From NCBI RefSeq assembly GCF_030144855.1, contig NC_082738.1, forward strand, positions 8,618,001 to 8,682,000: a stretch of 64,000 nucleotides of DNA. Reading direction: 5' to 3'. A program made the position numbers and the translations under genes. Origin of the DNA: Hypanus sabinus. Taxonomy: Eukaryota. Below the pieces are notes generated by a model, which was given only the letters and a program-made list of their open reading frames with translations, searched no databases and had not been told where the DNA came from. Positions 23,106-34,851 of the stretch are shown piece after piece; within the stretch, counting starts at the first letter, position 1; the number at the start of each line of letters is the position of its first letter.

Positions 23106-24666
23106 GTCAGTTTACTGGCACTATACCTAAAATCAAAATGTAATTAGTGGTGCTAAAGTCTAATGGTACTAGAGTCCAAAATGGAAATGTAATTAGTGTT
23201 ACTCCACAGAGCATTGATTCGATCGAGCTCTTGTGCACCTTCAGTATATGCACCCATGCCATCTGTGCATTGGTGTGGCATGATCCCCTACTGGCCTAGC
23301 ACTCCCTTCAGCAATAAAGCAGTGATTTCCTTGGCACAGGGCAGAGTGTGAATGCTCGAGCTGAGTGTTGTGGTGCCCCCTGGAGAACACGGTGACTGCA
23401 GGATTTTACTGGCAGTTGGGCTTTTTTCACCCAGAGCAATCTTGGGGGTGGGCCAGCGGTCCTGATAAACAGGGAGAGGGAGACTCAGCAGCTTCTGTCA
23501 GAGCCAGTTGGAGATGTGGGTGGACATAGAACTTGAGATTTCAGTCACACCCCCCATGCCCACTGCCAACCGGCCTGACCCCCACAGCTCATCATCATTC
23601 GCCCCACAGACTGCCACTACACACTGAGAATCATGGCTGGATTCTCGCCAGCTTCCCTGCGCTGCAGCCCTGTCAGTAAGACGTATTTCTGTGTATCTGA
23701 TATTATACTGAGCCCTTAAAGTATTGATTCCAGTAACATACTTGTTTCTAGAAAGCTATTCCTGAACACTAAGCAAGGTTCCAATATAGCACTGAAGCTG
23801 GAAATTTAAACATAAGCCATGTCGGAAGTACTCAACAGCTCAAGCACCATCTGCGTTGAAACAAGAGTTTTGCTTCATGTGTGTTGGCAGCTGGTTTTTT
23901 TGATCTGAGGTTCCTCAGAATTCAAGAATGAGACATAAAAGTTGTTGCTCGTGATTGTTTATTAAGTGCTAAGAAAAGAAAGGGATTGGGAAAAGAGAAT
24001 AGCGAGTACAGAGCCTAGTAGTGAGAGCAAGTGATGGTGGGAAAGGAGCAATGGAAAGAGGGAGGTGCACAAGAGATCTCAGTGGTCGGGAGAGCAGTGG
24101 TCTTACCACTGAGATTCATGGATGGTTGTCCTAACTTTGTCTGAGAATCATTGAGAGGACAATGGAGAATTCCTTTCAGCCCTTTGGGCTTGCTCTACCA
24201 TTTCGTACATTTATAGCTCAATACCATAATTCCTGCACGCTTACCTTTTTGATGACTTTGTGTCAAAACTCTATTAAAAATCTACCTTCTTAAACCTATT
24301 CACTAAGGTTAGCCCCCATAGTCCTTTTTAGTGGCAAATTCCACAGGTTCACCATCTTCCTAGTTGAACTTTTTTCTCCCTTATCTCAGACCTAAATATC
24401 TTACCAACACTGCTATCACTACCTGTAGACCACCTGCACCCCAGCTGGGGAAGCATCCTGCTCGCATCCCCTTTATCAAACCCTTCAGAATTGTGATTCT
24501 CTCTGGTTCTTTTAAGCTCTAATGAATTCCAGCTAGCTGACCCAATCTCTCATTTGCCAATGCTGGTATCCCAGGAATTAGTCTGGAAACAATTGCTGTG
24601 CTCTGTCATTGGCAAGTATAGCCTGGCTTTGGTAAGGACATCAACATTGCACGAAGATTCTGCATA

Positions 24667-25117
24667 CAGTACCTTGAAAAAGTATTCAGCCCCCACATCT
24701 AATTTCACATTTTACTGTCTCATTTTCTACATTTAAAATGTATTGAAGAATGATTTTTTGAGCTAATCTACAAAACGTTATTCATCATGTCAAATCAAAA
24801 GAAAAATTCCAAAACCTGTCAGCAACTTATTAAAAATTAAAAACCAAAATTGAGAGGCTGAAAAAGTATTCATCCCCTTCGTAACTACTATGCTAACTTT
24901 CCTCAGGTGCAATACTGTATAATACCTTATCAACTTATACAATTTGTTGATGTAGAAAATTGGAGAATCACCTGTTTTCAATGAATTCATAAGAATAAAT
25001 ACCCCCTCTCTCTGTAAGGTCCAAAAGTACAGTAGATTTTCAACAGACCAAACTAAAATGAAGGCAAAAGAGTATTCAAGATAAGTTAGAGAAATTATAA
25101 TAGAGAAGCACAAGTCA
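24667..25117 (+). mobile_element. Tc1-like left end (IR/DR structure) with the transposase start
   Basis: TA|cagtaccttgaaaaagtattcagccccc terminus, an internal direct repeat aaaaagtattcatcccc near 24861, and ATG at 25058 reading MKAKEYSR*VREIIIEKHKS. Confidence 0.85.
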
Positions 25118-27804
25118 ACACACAAACCTCCAAGCCAACAACCAGAAGTTGTTTAAAAGCAGCCCAAAGAGTCACTTTGTCTCTCACTTCTCCTTAAGGG
25201 GATGCTTTTGCCTCTACATGCCATCTGGCCTAAAGTCGGGACTTGTGAGAATGAGGGGTGAGCTATAAGGGATCAGCCTTTTGACACTGTGGTATCAAAG
25301 AGCCCACCCACCCTGGACATTCTCTTCTCCCCTCTCCCATTAGGCAGAAGGTACAAAACCCTGAAAGCACAGGCTCAAGGACAGCTTCTGCCCAACTTGT
25401 TATAAGTCTATTGAATGGTTTCCAAGTATGATGACGTGGACTTTTGATCTTACAATCTACCTGATTATGATCTTGCACCTTATTTTTTGCCTGCAATGCA
25501 CTCTCTCTAGCTTTTACACTTTATTCTACGTTGTTTTTGTTTTACCTTGTTCTCACGCACTGTGTACTGATCTGATCTATATGTAAGATAAGCTTTTCAC
25601 TGTATCTTGGTATATGTAACAATAATAAACCAATTTCAGTTCCAGATGCAGAATTTCATTGACGGGGCAATGCAAAATTCAAAACCTTTGGCCTTTTCTT
25701 TCTCTCTGTTTATGATTGCTCGAACAACTTCCAAGCCCATTGCTTTTTTCCATTCGAGTGCCCAGTTTTACAAATGAGAGCTGCTGAAAGACCCAAAGTC
25801 TTAATAAATTACGTAATTCAAAGTCTAAATATAATATTCTTTGATTCAAGCAAGCCGGAAATGACAATAGTACCTTTCTTATAGAGGTGTGAAGAAACCT
25901 CCTATATTGTAATTCTCTACTGCAGAGAGATTAACACATCCAAGAGTTAACAATCTAAGTGGAGTTAGTTTTGGCAAGGTCTGTGAAATTCTTAATGAAT
26001 GTGTTTCACAGATGTGGGTTTGCAATGCCATTCCATTCCATTTTTCCTTGTGACACAAGAAGCCATTTCAGTTCATTGAGGCACACAGAGCAAATGCATA
26101 TCCCACTAATTTTCCCTGTACCCAATTCTTTCAACATTCCTATCAGTTCTCTTCTGCGGACTCACTTTCAACTCATGTTCTCAGAATTATTGATTAATTA
26201 TTTGATTTTCTTGTATTTGCACAATTTGTCTTCTTTCACACATTGGTTGTCAGTCAGTGTAGTTTTTCATTCTATTTTATTTCTATCTTTTAATGAGAAT
26301 GCCTGCAAGATGAATTTATGTACTTTAATAATAAGTGTACTCTGAACTTTGAATTCTTGCCAGATTCCACCACTCACCAGCATATTGAGGCAATTTTCAG
26401 TGATCAATCAACCTACAAACCTTCTGCTCAACTATGTCAATAAATTTTGTATGTCTTTAGTACAACCTCCCAAAGCACTCAAAGTTATATAACTGACAAG
26501 AATCTGACCTGGAGCCACATAAAAGTTGGATAATCAAAGGATCAAGTAATTGGACAGAGGTTGGAATCATGAGAGTTGAGAGCCTCGAGGCATCAACACT
26601 TGCTGCCTTCTCTTCAAAATCTCTGAGGCAATATATGGCATGGGTCAGAATGTACACAGAAAATGTGAGTGGCTCTGGGGCAGAGTGCATGTGAAAGTCC
26701 CATGGTAAAGTGCACAAAGAGGTGTAGGCTTTAGAAACAGCAAACACAAACTATGTGCTTACAAATCATTATCTGTTTGTAACCTAATGTGGCCATGGAG
26801 CACTGCCTGCTTCCCCAGTCTCATATTGCAGACCTCTGCATTGGTGAACATTCACCTTGTTATCAGGACCTGATAACGGAGGTCCTCTGCAGCCAAGGAA
26901 AATGAGTGATAAAGCTCCTCTGTGCCTTTGCCCCTCTATCTCTGAGATCTCCTCCAGCCCTACAACCACCTATGTGTTCATTTCTGGCCTCCTCTTCCTC
27001 TCCTGACTACGTTCATACCCTCACTGACTGCTTGCCTACAGTTTCTAGATATTCCCTCTTTAAACCTCTCTACCCTTCTCTCCATTTTCAAGCCATCCCT
27101 TAAAACCCATTACCTTTGGTGATGCGGTATCCCCTAATGTGGCTAGTTGTCAGACTCATTTTGTCAACTCTTGTGTTAGGAGATAAAACCACACTGGAAG
27201 TGTCATATCAACACAGCTTCTTGTTGTAAACTTCTGAAAAGTCATTCAGACTGGGAATAGAGGAATAAGAGAATAGAGCTATCTTGATTGGCTCACAAAT
27301 GCATCCACGTTATTCCACTTGTATTATAACAGTGACTACACTGTGAACTAGGATGGCTAGAGATTGTAAAAGAGTGAAAATCCAGTCCTTTTATTCTGGT
27401 TATTTCCTCAATAGCTTGTGAAAGTATGTTCTGGTTTAATGCTCCCTAATTCTTCCTCACTGAGAAACAAATTGGCTTTCCATTCTCACTGTTGAACCCA
27501 ACCCCCATATCCTAAGAGATACAATTGTCTGTTTTAAGTTGCTCTTATAACATTTGAGAGGATTTTCAATCCCCAAGTGTAAAATGGCATACTTGTAAGT
27601 GAAATTATTTCACTCGACAGTATCCTTTATGAAACCAATCCTTATCTGTATTGGGTTGAAATACATTAATCAAGTGTTCAGGCTCCCTGTAGGCTGTAAT
27701 CCTTACAGACTGTGTTTTCTCACTGAATTTCCTTTGTTTCTTTCCGTGCTCACTCTGGACCAGTGATGACCTATTGAACTCATTTGAGTTCTAACTTGAA
27801 GAAA

Positions 27805-28925
27805 CCCTACGAGCTTGTGGTATTACAGGAAAGATGAAACAGTGGCTGATTGGCAGGAGGCAAAGAGTGAGAATGAAGGGAGACTTTTCAGATTGGCTGC
27901 CGGTGACTAGTGGGGTTCCACAGGGGTCTTTGTTGGGACTGATTCTTTTTGCATTATATGTCAATGATTTGGATGAAGGAATTGATGGCTTTGTTGAAAG
28001 GTTTGCAGACGATATGAAGATAGGTGGAGGGGCAGGTAGTTTTGAGGAAGTAGAGAGGCTACGGAAGGACTTAGATTTGGAGAATGGGCAAAGAAATGGC
28101 AGATGGAATGTAGTATCGGGAAGTGTATGGTCATGCGCTTTGGTAGAAGAAATGAAAGGGTTGACTATTTTCTAAATGCAGAGAAAATACGGAAGTACTG
28201 AGGTGCAAAGGGACTTGGGAGTCTTTGTGCAGAATTCCCTCTAAGATTAATTTGCAGGTTGAGTCTGTGGTGAGGAAGGCAAATTTGATGTTGGCATACA
28301 TTTCAAGAGGACTAGAGTACATGTAAGAGCAAGAATGTAATGTTGAGACTTTATAAGACACTGGTGAGGCCTCACTTGGAGTATTGTGAGCAGTTTAGGG
28401 CCCCTTAGAAAGGAAGTGCTGAAACTAGAGAGGGTTCAAAGGAAGTTCACAAAAATGATTCCAGGATTGAATGGCTTGTCATTTGAAGAGCATTTCATGA
28501 CTTTGGGCCTGTATTCACTAGAATTCAGAAGAATGAGATGTGACCTCATTAAAACATCAAATGGTGAAAAGCGTTGATAGAGTGGATGTGGAGAGGATGC
28601 TTCCTATCATGGGAGAGTCTAAGACCAGAGGACACAGCCCCTGAATAGAGGGGTGTCCTTTTAGAACAGAGATGAGGAGGAATTTCTTTAGCCAGAAAGT
28701 GGTGAATCTGTGGAATTCTTTGCCAGAAACAGCTGTGAAGGCCAAATATTTATGTACCTTTAAGGCAGAGGTTGATAGATTCGTGATTGGTCAGGGCATG
28801 AAGGGATACAGGAAGGAGGCAGGAGATTGCGGCTGGGAGTAAAATCAATCAGCCTTGATGAAATGGAGAACAGAGTTGATGGGCCAAATGGCCCAATTCT
28901 GCTCCTATATCTTCTGGTTTTATGA
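27805..28925 (+). mobile_element. CR1 LINE, 5'-truncated (RT with FADD)
   Basis: WLPVTSGVPQGSLLGLILFALYVNDLDEG...FADDMKIGG, followed by a CR1 3' UTR. Confidence 0.92.
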
Positions 28926-28947
28926 ATGTTACTTTATTAAAAGGAAG

Positions 28948-29699
28948 TGTAACATGTTGTAGGGTTTCACTGCTGTGTAACATTGCTTGAGCTTACCATG
29001 CTGTGGGAAGAATGCATGGAGGAGGTGTATGAATGAAAAAGAGCCAAGTATGAAGATCTGAAGACTGGTTGGGTCGCCTGGGCGAGGATGTATGATGTTG
29101 AAAGACCCAAAACACCTGACGACCCCAGGCAACATCACTGATGATGTGCCCTAGCTTAGCATCATACGACGTTTCTTTAAGAACACTGATAATGTAATGG
29201 TTTCTCTGTAACAGCAATGTTTGGGTTATGACTAGAGAGAATGGGGTTAGGAATGCTGTTGTTCTTTCTTGTGAGCTAGAAGAGAGATTTTTCGCTGTCT
29301 TTTGGCCGGGCAGAGATGAGGAGAGAAGATGTGAATGGAGAGAGCTGGTAGACCGCCGGACCGGGTGGACTTGGAGTGAGGGTCCAAAGGGCAGCAACGA
29401 TCGGAGGTTGATGGTGGATGAATTGCCATATTTGTGAGCTCCAACATTGCGCAAAAGACTGTTTAATAAGATTGGGCCTTTTTTTTCTTTTTTCGTTACT
29501 TTACTAACCATATAGTCAAAGTAAGAATTATAAAGGTTAATCGCTTAATCACATATTGTGTACTGTTTGTTATTTTGTGGTACTGATTTGTAACAGGAGA
29601 CACATCGCACAGCATCCACCCAAACGAGATTTCTTAGGTTTGGCCAGGCCAGGGGCTATCACCCCCTATACTAAGCCGCTAGCCGAAGCGAGAGTTACA
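28948..29699 (+). mobile_element. Solo LTR (752 bp) with a probable nested insertion
   Basis: TGTAAC...GTTACA inverted termini and a perfect 4-bp TSD GAAG (28944-28947 and 29700-29703). Strand is tentative. Confidence 0.8.
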
Positions 29700-29859
29700 G
29701 AAGATTTTTGTTTGACCTGGAAACCAGTCTTTGGGAATGTTATTTAGTCTAGTGTCCCAGAATTCTGTAGCCTGACCTGGCTTTGCCTTAAATGACCTAT
29801 TGTCAATGCAGTGATGCTCCACGTCAGCCTCTTGGACCTACTTCCCGTCTTTTGTTAAA

Positions 29860-30192
29860 TGCAAGTGAGTTTTTTCCACTGAGGTTGGGTGGGACTGCAA
29901 CCAGAGGTCATGGCTTAAAGGTGAAAGGTGAGAAGTTTAAGGGGAACATGCGGGGAAACTTCATTCAGAGGGCTATGAGAGTGTGGAACGAGCTACCAGC
30001 ACAAGTGGTGCACGCGAGCTTGATTTCAACGTTTAAGATAAGTTTGGATGGGTACATAGATGGTAGAGGTAAGGAGGGCTATGGTCCCGATGCAGGTTGA
30101 TGGGAGTAGGCAGTTTAAATGGTTTCAGAATGGACTAGATTGGCCCAAGGGCCTGTCTCTGAGCTGTATTTTTTAATGACTCTATGACTCTA
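29860..30192 (+). mobile_element. CR1 3' end fragment
   Basis: FFPLRLGGTATRGHGLKVKGEKFKGNMRGNFIQRAMRVWNELP and a (tatgactc)n tail. Confidence 0.85.
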
Positions 30193-30879
30193 GTTTAGCA
30201 GAACAATTAATTACAGTGGCATTCATTGAAAGCCCTTGTATTAGTGTAATAGTGTTACCTGCCTTGGGAGATGAGAGGATATTGTAATGCAGAACAAGCT
30301 TGAGTCACCCTGCACATATTGAGCCTTTACCAACCTTCACTGTGCCCCTTCCTACTGACTGGTGCCTGCCTTCTGAGGCTGAGGGGACAAACTCACCACT
30401 CCAAGTGTGTTACTGAGACTTCTTTCATATTTTGCTGTGATGATGAGAGCAATGGTTTGGAGGCAGAATGGTTTTGAGTAAAAGAAAACTTGGGGGTTGG
30501 AAAAAGTTTCTGTTTCTAGGTGAATTCCACTGATAGCTGGGTGCTGATTGGTTCAGTCAAATATGGAAGTATACATGAGAAAATCTAAAATTAAGGCAGA
30601 AAAAGTTTGTGGAATCTTTCCAGGTAATATTGGAGTTGAGGAACTAGTAATCACTGACACATAAATGATCCCCTGTTTGGGATTGGATTGTGTTCCTGGA
30701 GAGATTGCATTGAGACAGACAAGTTAGGAGGTAAACAGTGGCAAGGTACACTGTACAGTACAGGCGACCCAGGTTCCCACCGCTGCCTGTAAAGAATTTG
30801 TACACTCCCCTCTTAACCGTGCGGGTTTCCTCCAGGTGCTCTGGTTTCCTCCCCCAGTCCAAACTTTAAAGAGTCGGCC

Positions 30880-31350
30880 CACGATCTCCTCTTGTGCCAA
30901 GATGAGGCCACCCTCGGGGTGGAGGAGCAACACCTTATATTCTGCCTGGGTAGCCTCCAACCTGATGGCATGAATATTGATTTTCCTTTCGATTTATATA
31001 TTAAAAAAATCCTTCCCCCCTCCCCCCTTCTATTCCCCACTCTGGCCTCTTACATCTTCTCACCTGCCTATCACCTCCCCCAGGGTACCCTCCTCCTTCC
31101 CTTTCTCCTATGATCCACTCTCCTCTCCTATCAGATTCCTTCCTCTCCAGCCCTTGACCTTTTCCATTCACCTGGCTTCACCTATCACCTTCTAGCTAGC
31201 CTCCTTCCCCTCCCCCCACCTTTTTCTTCTGGTGTCTTCCCGCTTCCTTTCCAGTCCTGATGAAGAATCTCAGCCCGAAATGTCAACTGTTTGTTCCCCT
31301 CCATAGATGCTGCCCGACCAGCCGAGTTCCTCTAGCATTTTGTCTGTCTT
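30880..31350 (+). mobile_element. Penelope-like element 3' end / pLTR
   Basis: CQDEATLGVEEQHLIFCLGSLQPDGMNIDF and a hammerhead motif at 31252-31289. Confidence 0.82.
31252..31289 (+). ncRNA. Decayed minimal type I hammerhead ribozyme (Penelope-associated)
   Basis: cagtc-CTGATGA-agaatctcagccc-GAAA-tgtc-aactg. Core boxes are intact; the stems carry mismatches. Confidence 0.6.
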
Positions 31351-32072
31351 GCTGTGAATAAAGATGCTATTTGGTTTTATCAGGGGACAGGGTGCACTTT
31401 AATTTAGAGGTTTCCCAAAATCTTCCCCTAACAGAGCCTCTTCAAACTTATTAGATTAAAAGCCTCGGTGAGCAGGAATAAGGTACTTCACTCACACCAA
31501 TGGTAATGACGTTGTGAAGTTGGCAGTGAAGGGAAGTGAAGACAAAGGCAGAAAAGGAGACGGTCAAGTCTGACTCAAGCTGGATGTTTTAATTGTTGGA
31601 AAGATTCCGCTGTACCATTTGTGGATACTCTGTGAAGGATTGTACAGAGGCAGCAGAATAAGAATGGGCTAAGAAACAGGAGAACAGTAACCGGTACCAC
31701 AACACGCCAAGGCTTTAGATGACACCACCCCCCAAAACATTAAATAAATCCAAGCATGAAATGAAGTGTACCTTATTAGCAGCATATACAGCTCACTTTA
31801 TCGTAGAGCAAACAGTTGTAAAGTAACACTCTCCCTCTGTGTTTAATTCTTATCGTTCATGGTGAGTGAGTTTGGTTGACATTTAGCTGTCAATTTGATA
31901 AGCTGGAGATAGTGAAAAGTGTATTTAATAAATTACAGAGGAAGCACCTGTAAAGTAGCAACCAAAGCCATTTTTCCAGTCAAGTTGATAACACCTGATT
32001 GACCAGGTAGGGAAACTGCAGAAAGCATTATTACTGATCCTTCCTGTCCAGCTGGTTCACATGAATTAACCT

Positions 32073-32865
32073 GGGGCACCACAGCAGCATAGTAGTTAGT
32101 GTGACGCTATTACAGCTTGGGGCATTGGAGTTCAGCAGTCAGTCAATAGACAATAGGTGCAGGAGTAGGCCATTCTGCCCTTCGAGCCAGCACCGCCATT
32201 CAATGTGATCATGGCTGATCATCCACAATCAGTACCCCGTTCCTACCTTCTCCCCATATCCCTTGACTCCGCTATCTTTAAGAGCTCTATCTAACTCTTT
32301 CTTGAGTTAGAGAAATGGCCTCCACTGCCTTCTGAGGCAGAGCATTCCACAGATCCACAACTCTCTGGGTGAAAAAGTTTTTCCTCAACTCCGTTCTAAA
32401 TGGCCTACCCCTTATTCTTAAACTGTGGCCTCTGGTTCTGTACTCCCCCAATATCGGTAACATGTTTCCTGCCTCTAGCGTGTCCAATCTCTTAATAATC
32501 TTATATGCTTCAATCAGATCCCCTCTCATCCTTCTAAATTCCAGTGTATACAAGCCCAGTCGCTCCAATCTTTCAATATATGACAGTCCGGCCATCCAGG
32601 GAATTAACCTCATGAACCTACGCTGCACTTCCTCAATAGCAAGAATGTCATGGCATCCTACCTGTGACCATGTGGGTTTCCTCCAGGTGCTCCGGTTTCC
32701 ACCCACGGTCCAAAGACGTTCCAGTTAGTAGGTTCATTGGTCATTGTGAATTGTCCCATGATTGAGGTAGGGTTAATCAGGTTTGTCAGGGGGTTGCTGG
32801 GCAGCACAGCTCAAAGAGTCAGAAAGGTCTATTCCATGCTTTATCTCTAAATAAAACAAACTAAA
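32073..32865 (+). mobile_element. tRNA-derived V-SINE split by an antisense CR1 fragment at about 32138-32650
   Basis: V-domain gtgggtttcctccaggtgctccggtttcc. The CR1 ORF 32287-32706(-) reads EVQRRFMRLIP...RMRGDLIEAYK. Other V-SINE pieces lie at about 10830-11000(-), 15550-15830, 30740-30865 and 52400-52615(-). Confidence 0.75.
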
Positions 32866-34324
32866 TGACTAATTAACAGAGTATTGTGTTTCTGTCAGAC
32901 CTACCACAGGCGTTTTTAGTGAGTGTTTAATTGGTTGTAGATAGCGTCAAGATTCTGGTTGAGCACTAAGGTAGCGGGTTTTTTAACTACTCAAAAACAG
33001 CAGGAGTTGAACAAAGTGAGTCACTTTCCTTCCTGTCTGTTAAACTCCATGCACTTTTGAAAATGAGTGTGGTTAGCCCCACGAGAGCTCCTGCTGCTAG
33101 TAAAGGACCTAATAAACTTGAACTTTAGCCAAAGAGTGGAGTAGCTGTAACATTGTCAAAGTGCATTTATTATCAAAGTATATATACAAAATACAACTCT
33201 TGAGATTCATCTTCCCCACAGACAGCCACAAAACAAAGAAACACCATAGAACCTGTTCAAAGAAGACATCAAACACTCAAGGTGCAGAAAAGAACAAATC
33301 GTGCAAAGGGCAGAAAGCGAGCAAACAATATATAGGGTATCGAACGTCAAAGCAATAATATTCAGTTCAGCTAGCTAGTGGAGGCCACAGGGTCAATTCT
33401 TCGCCGAAGTGTCCCAGTCTGCATCGATCACCCCAATTAAGCTGCTCAAAAACAGCAACAAAAAGAGTAACCAGAATGTAGAAGCACGTGCACCGTCAGC
33501 ATCAATGTCAGAGACTCTCCAGTTTGTGTGCCTCGCCATAGTTGATGGGAGGTGCGAAATGACCTCCTGCATTGAGATGATTGCGCTGCAGATTTCCTTG
33601 TGTCTTCAATAATGGGGTTCTGTCAGAAATACAGAGATTTGATCCACGTCAGGGTTTGGGAAGCTTGATGTTTGTACATTGCTGTCAGGCTCGTGATGTA
33701 GATTAGGAAAATGACTTTCGGGTTGACATGGAATCTACTTCATTGAGCTGAAGTCTTAGGGTTTGCCTTTTGATTCATGCAAACACTGTTGATGACTTCC
33801 TCCATCAGAAGATTGCCAGGCAGCTAGTAGCGCTCAACCATTTTGTTTACTCATTTCCAAGATACTTTTCCAATGTTCTTTTAGCTCATAGGCACATGAA
33901 GCCTTCTCACAGACACTGTCAAGTGAAGGAGGTTCCTGATTTCCAACAAGGACGCTGCCAGAGATCCTTCTTCTGAACCACCCATTGCATAATGCAGCTG
34001 AGTGGGATTTGAAGAAGTCTACTCTATTCATATCAGGCAGGTTTCATTTGTAAGATGTGCAAGGAATCTACACAGTGTCTGAGTTACAAGAACTACCTCG
34101 ATTGCTACAACCATCAGCCGTTTAGTTCTGGTGTCATTTCTTCATTATGGATTCTTAATGAATATACTCAAGACCGCAGTTGACAGGTTTTTCTAGATTA
34201 GGGGCTGGGGCAGGAAAGTTGATACGGAAATACAGTCTATGGCCTTAGAGATTCATGGATGTAGCTCTCTTCTTGCCCTCTTGTTTTCAAGTCTTTCCTA
34301 ACATGTACTTTCCCTCCTCACCAG

Positions 34325-34440
34325 AACTGGAGATTACATGGCTCTTCATGCTATTTTGTGGGTGAGGAATTGGTGACCTTTGACGAAGCCTTGAAGAAAT
34401 GCACAGATCAAGGGTCAACTCTGGTGACCATCCTCAACAG
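34325..34440 (+). CDS. MRC2: MRC2 exon: CTLD3 N-terminal part
   Basis: cctcctcaccag/gtagtt boundaries. NWRLHGSSCYFVGEELVTFDEALKKCTDQGSTLVTILN(R). Phase 0-2. Confidence 0.95.
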
Positions 34441-34851
34441 GTAGTTGAAGTTTCACACAACGGTCAGTGTCAACCTAGGGAGGGGGTGCCTGGGCATCAT
34501 TGAGAAATTGTCTTGAGGAGTATGGACACGAGCATAGAAACCTCCCATTCACTCTGTCCTCTCCTCTGCAGCCCACAGTGATACTGAGCAGGGTTGTGTT
34601 GGCTGCTCACCTACACTGTCCTGTGTTCAGATGTGGAGGAATGATCTTGGTGCACCCTCTTTCTGGTGGGGTGAAGCAGCATAGTGCAAGGTCTCTGTCC
34701 ATTAACACCCTGCCGACAGGTGGAGTTGGTAGGGGTATGTTGGGGATGGTTGCAAAGCTTAGAAGGGTTTTTTTGGGGAAATTAAAAATTATGAAAACTG
34801 ATGTAGTCTTTTTTAATGATGAGATAAAATTAATAAAAAATACATTGAAAT

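Noticed and set aside
29116-29170. Hammerhead ribozyme suggested by CTGACGA and CTGATGA
   Set aside because: There is no correctly placed downstream GAAA box or helix III. The region is reported as a pseudoknot candidate instead.
28993-29511. 172-aa minus-strand ORF
   Set aside because: It lies wholly within a solo LTR, spans the nested insertion and shows no domain motifs, so it is likely a chance ORF.
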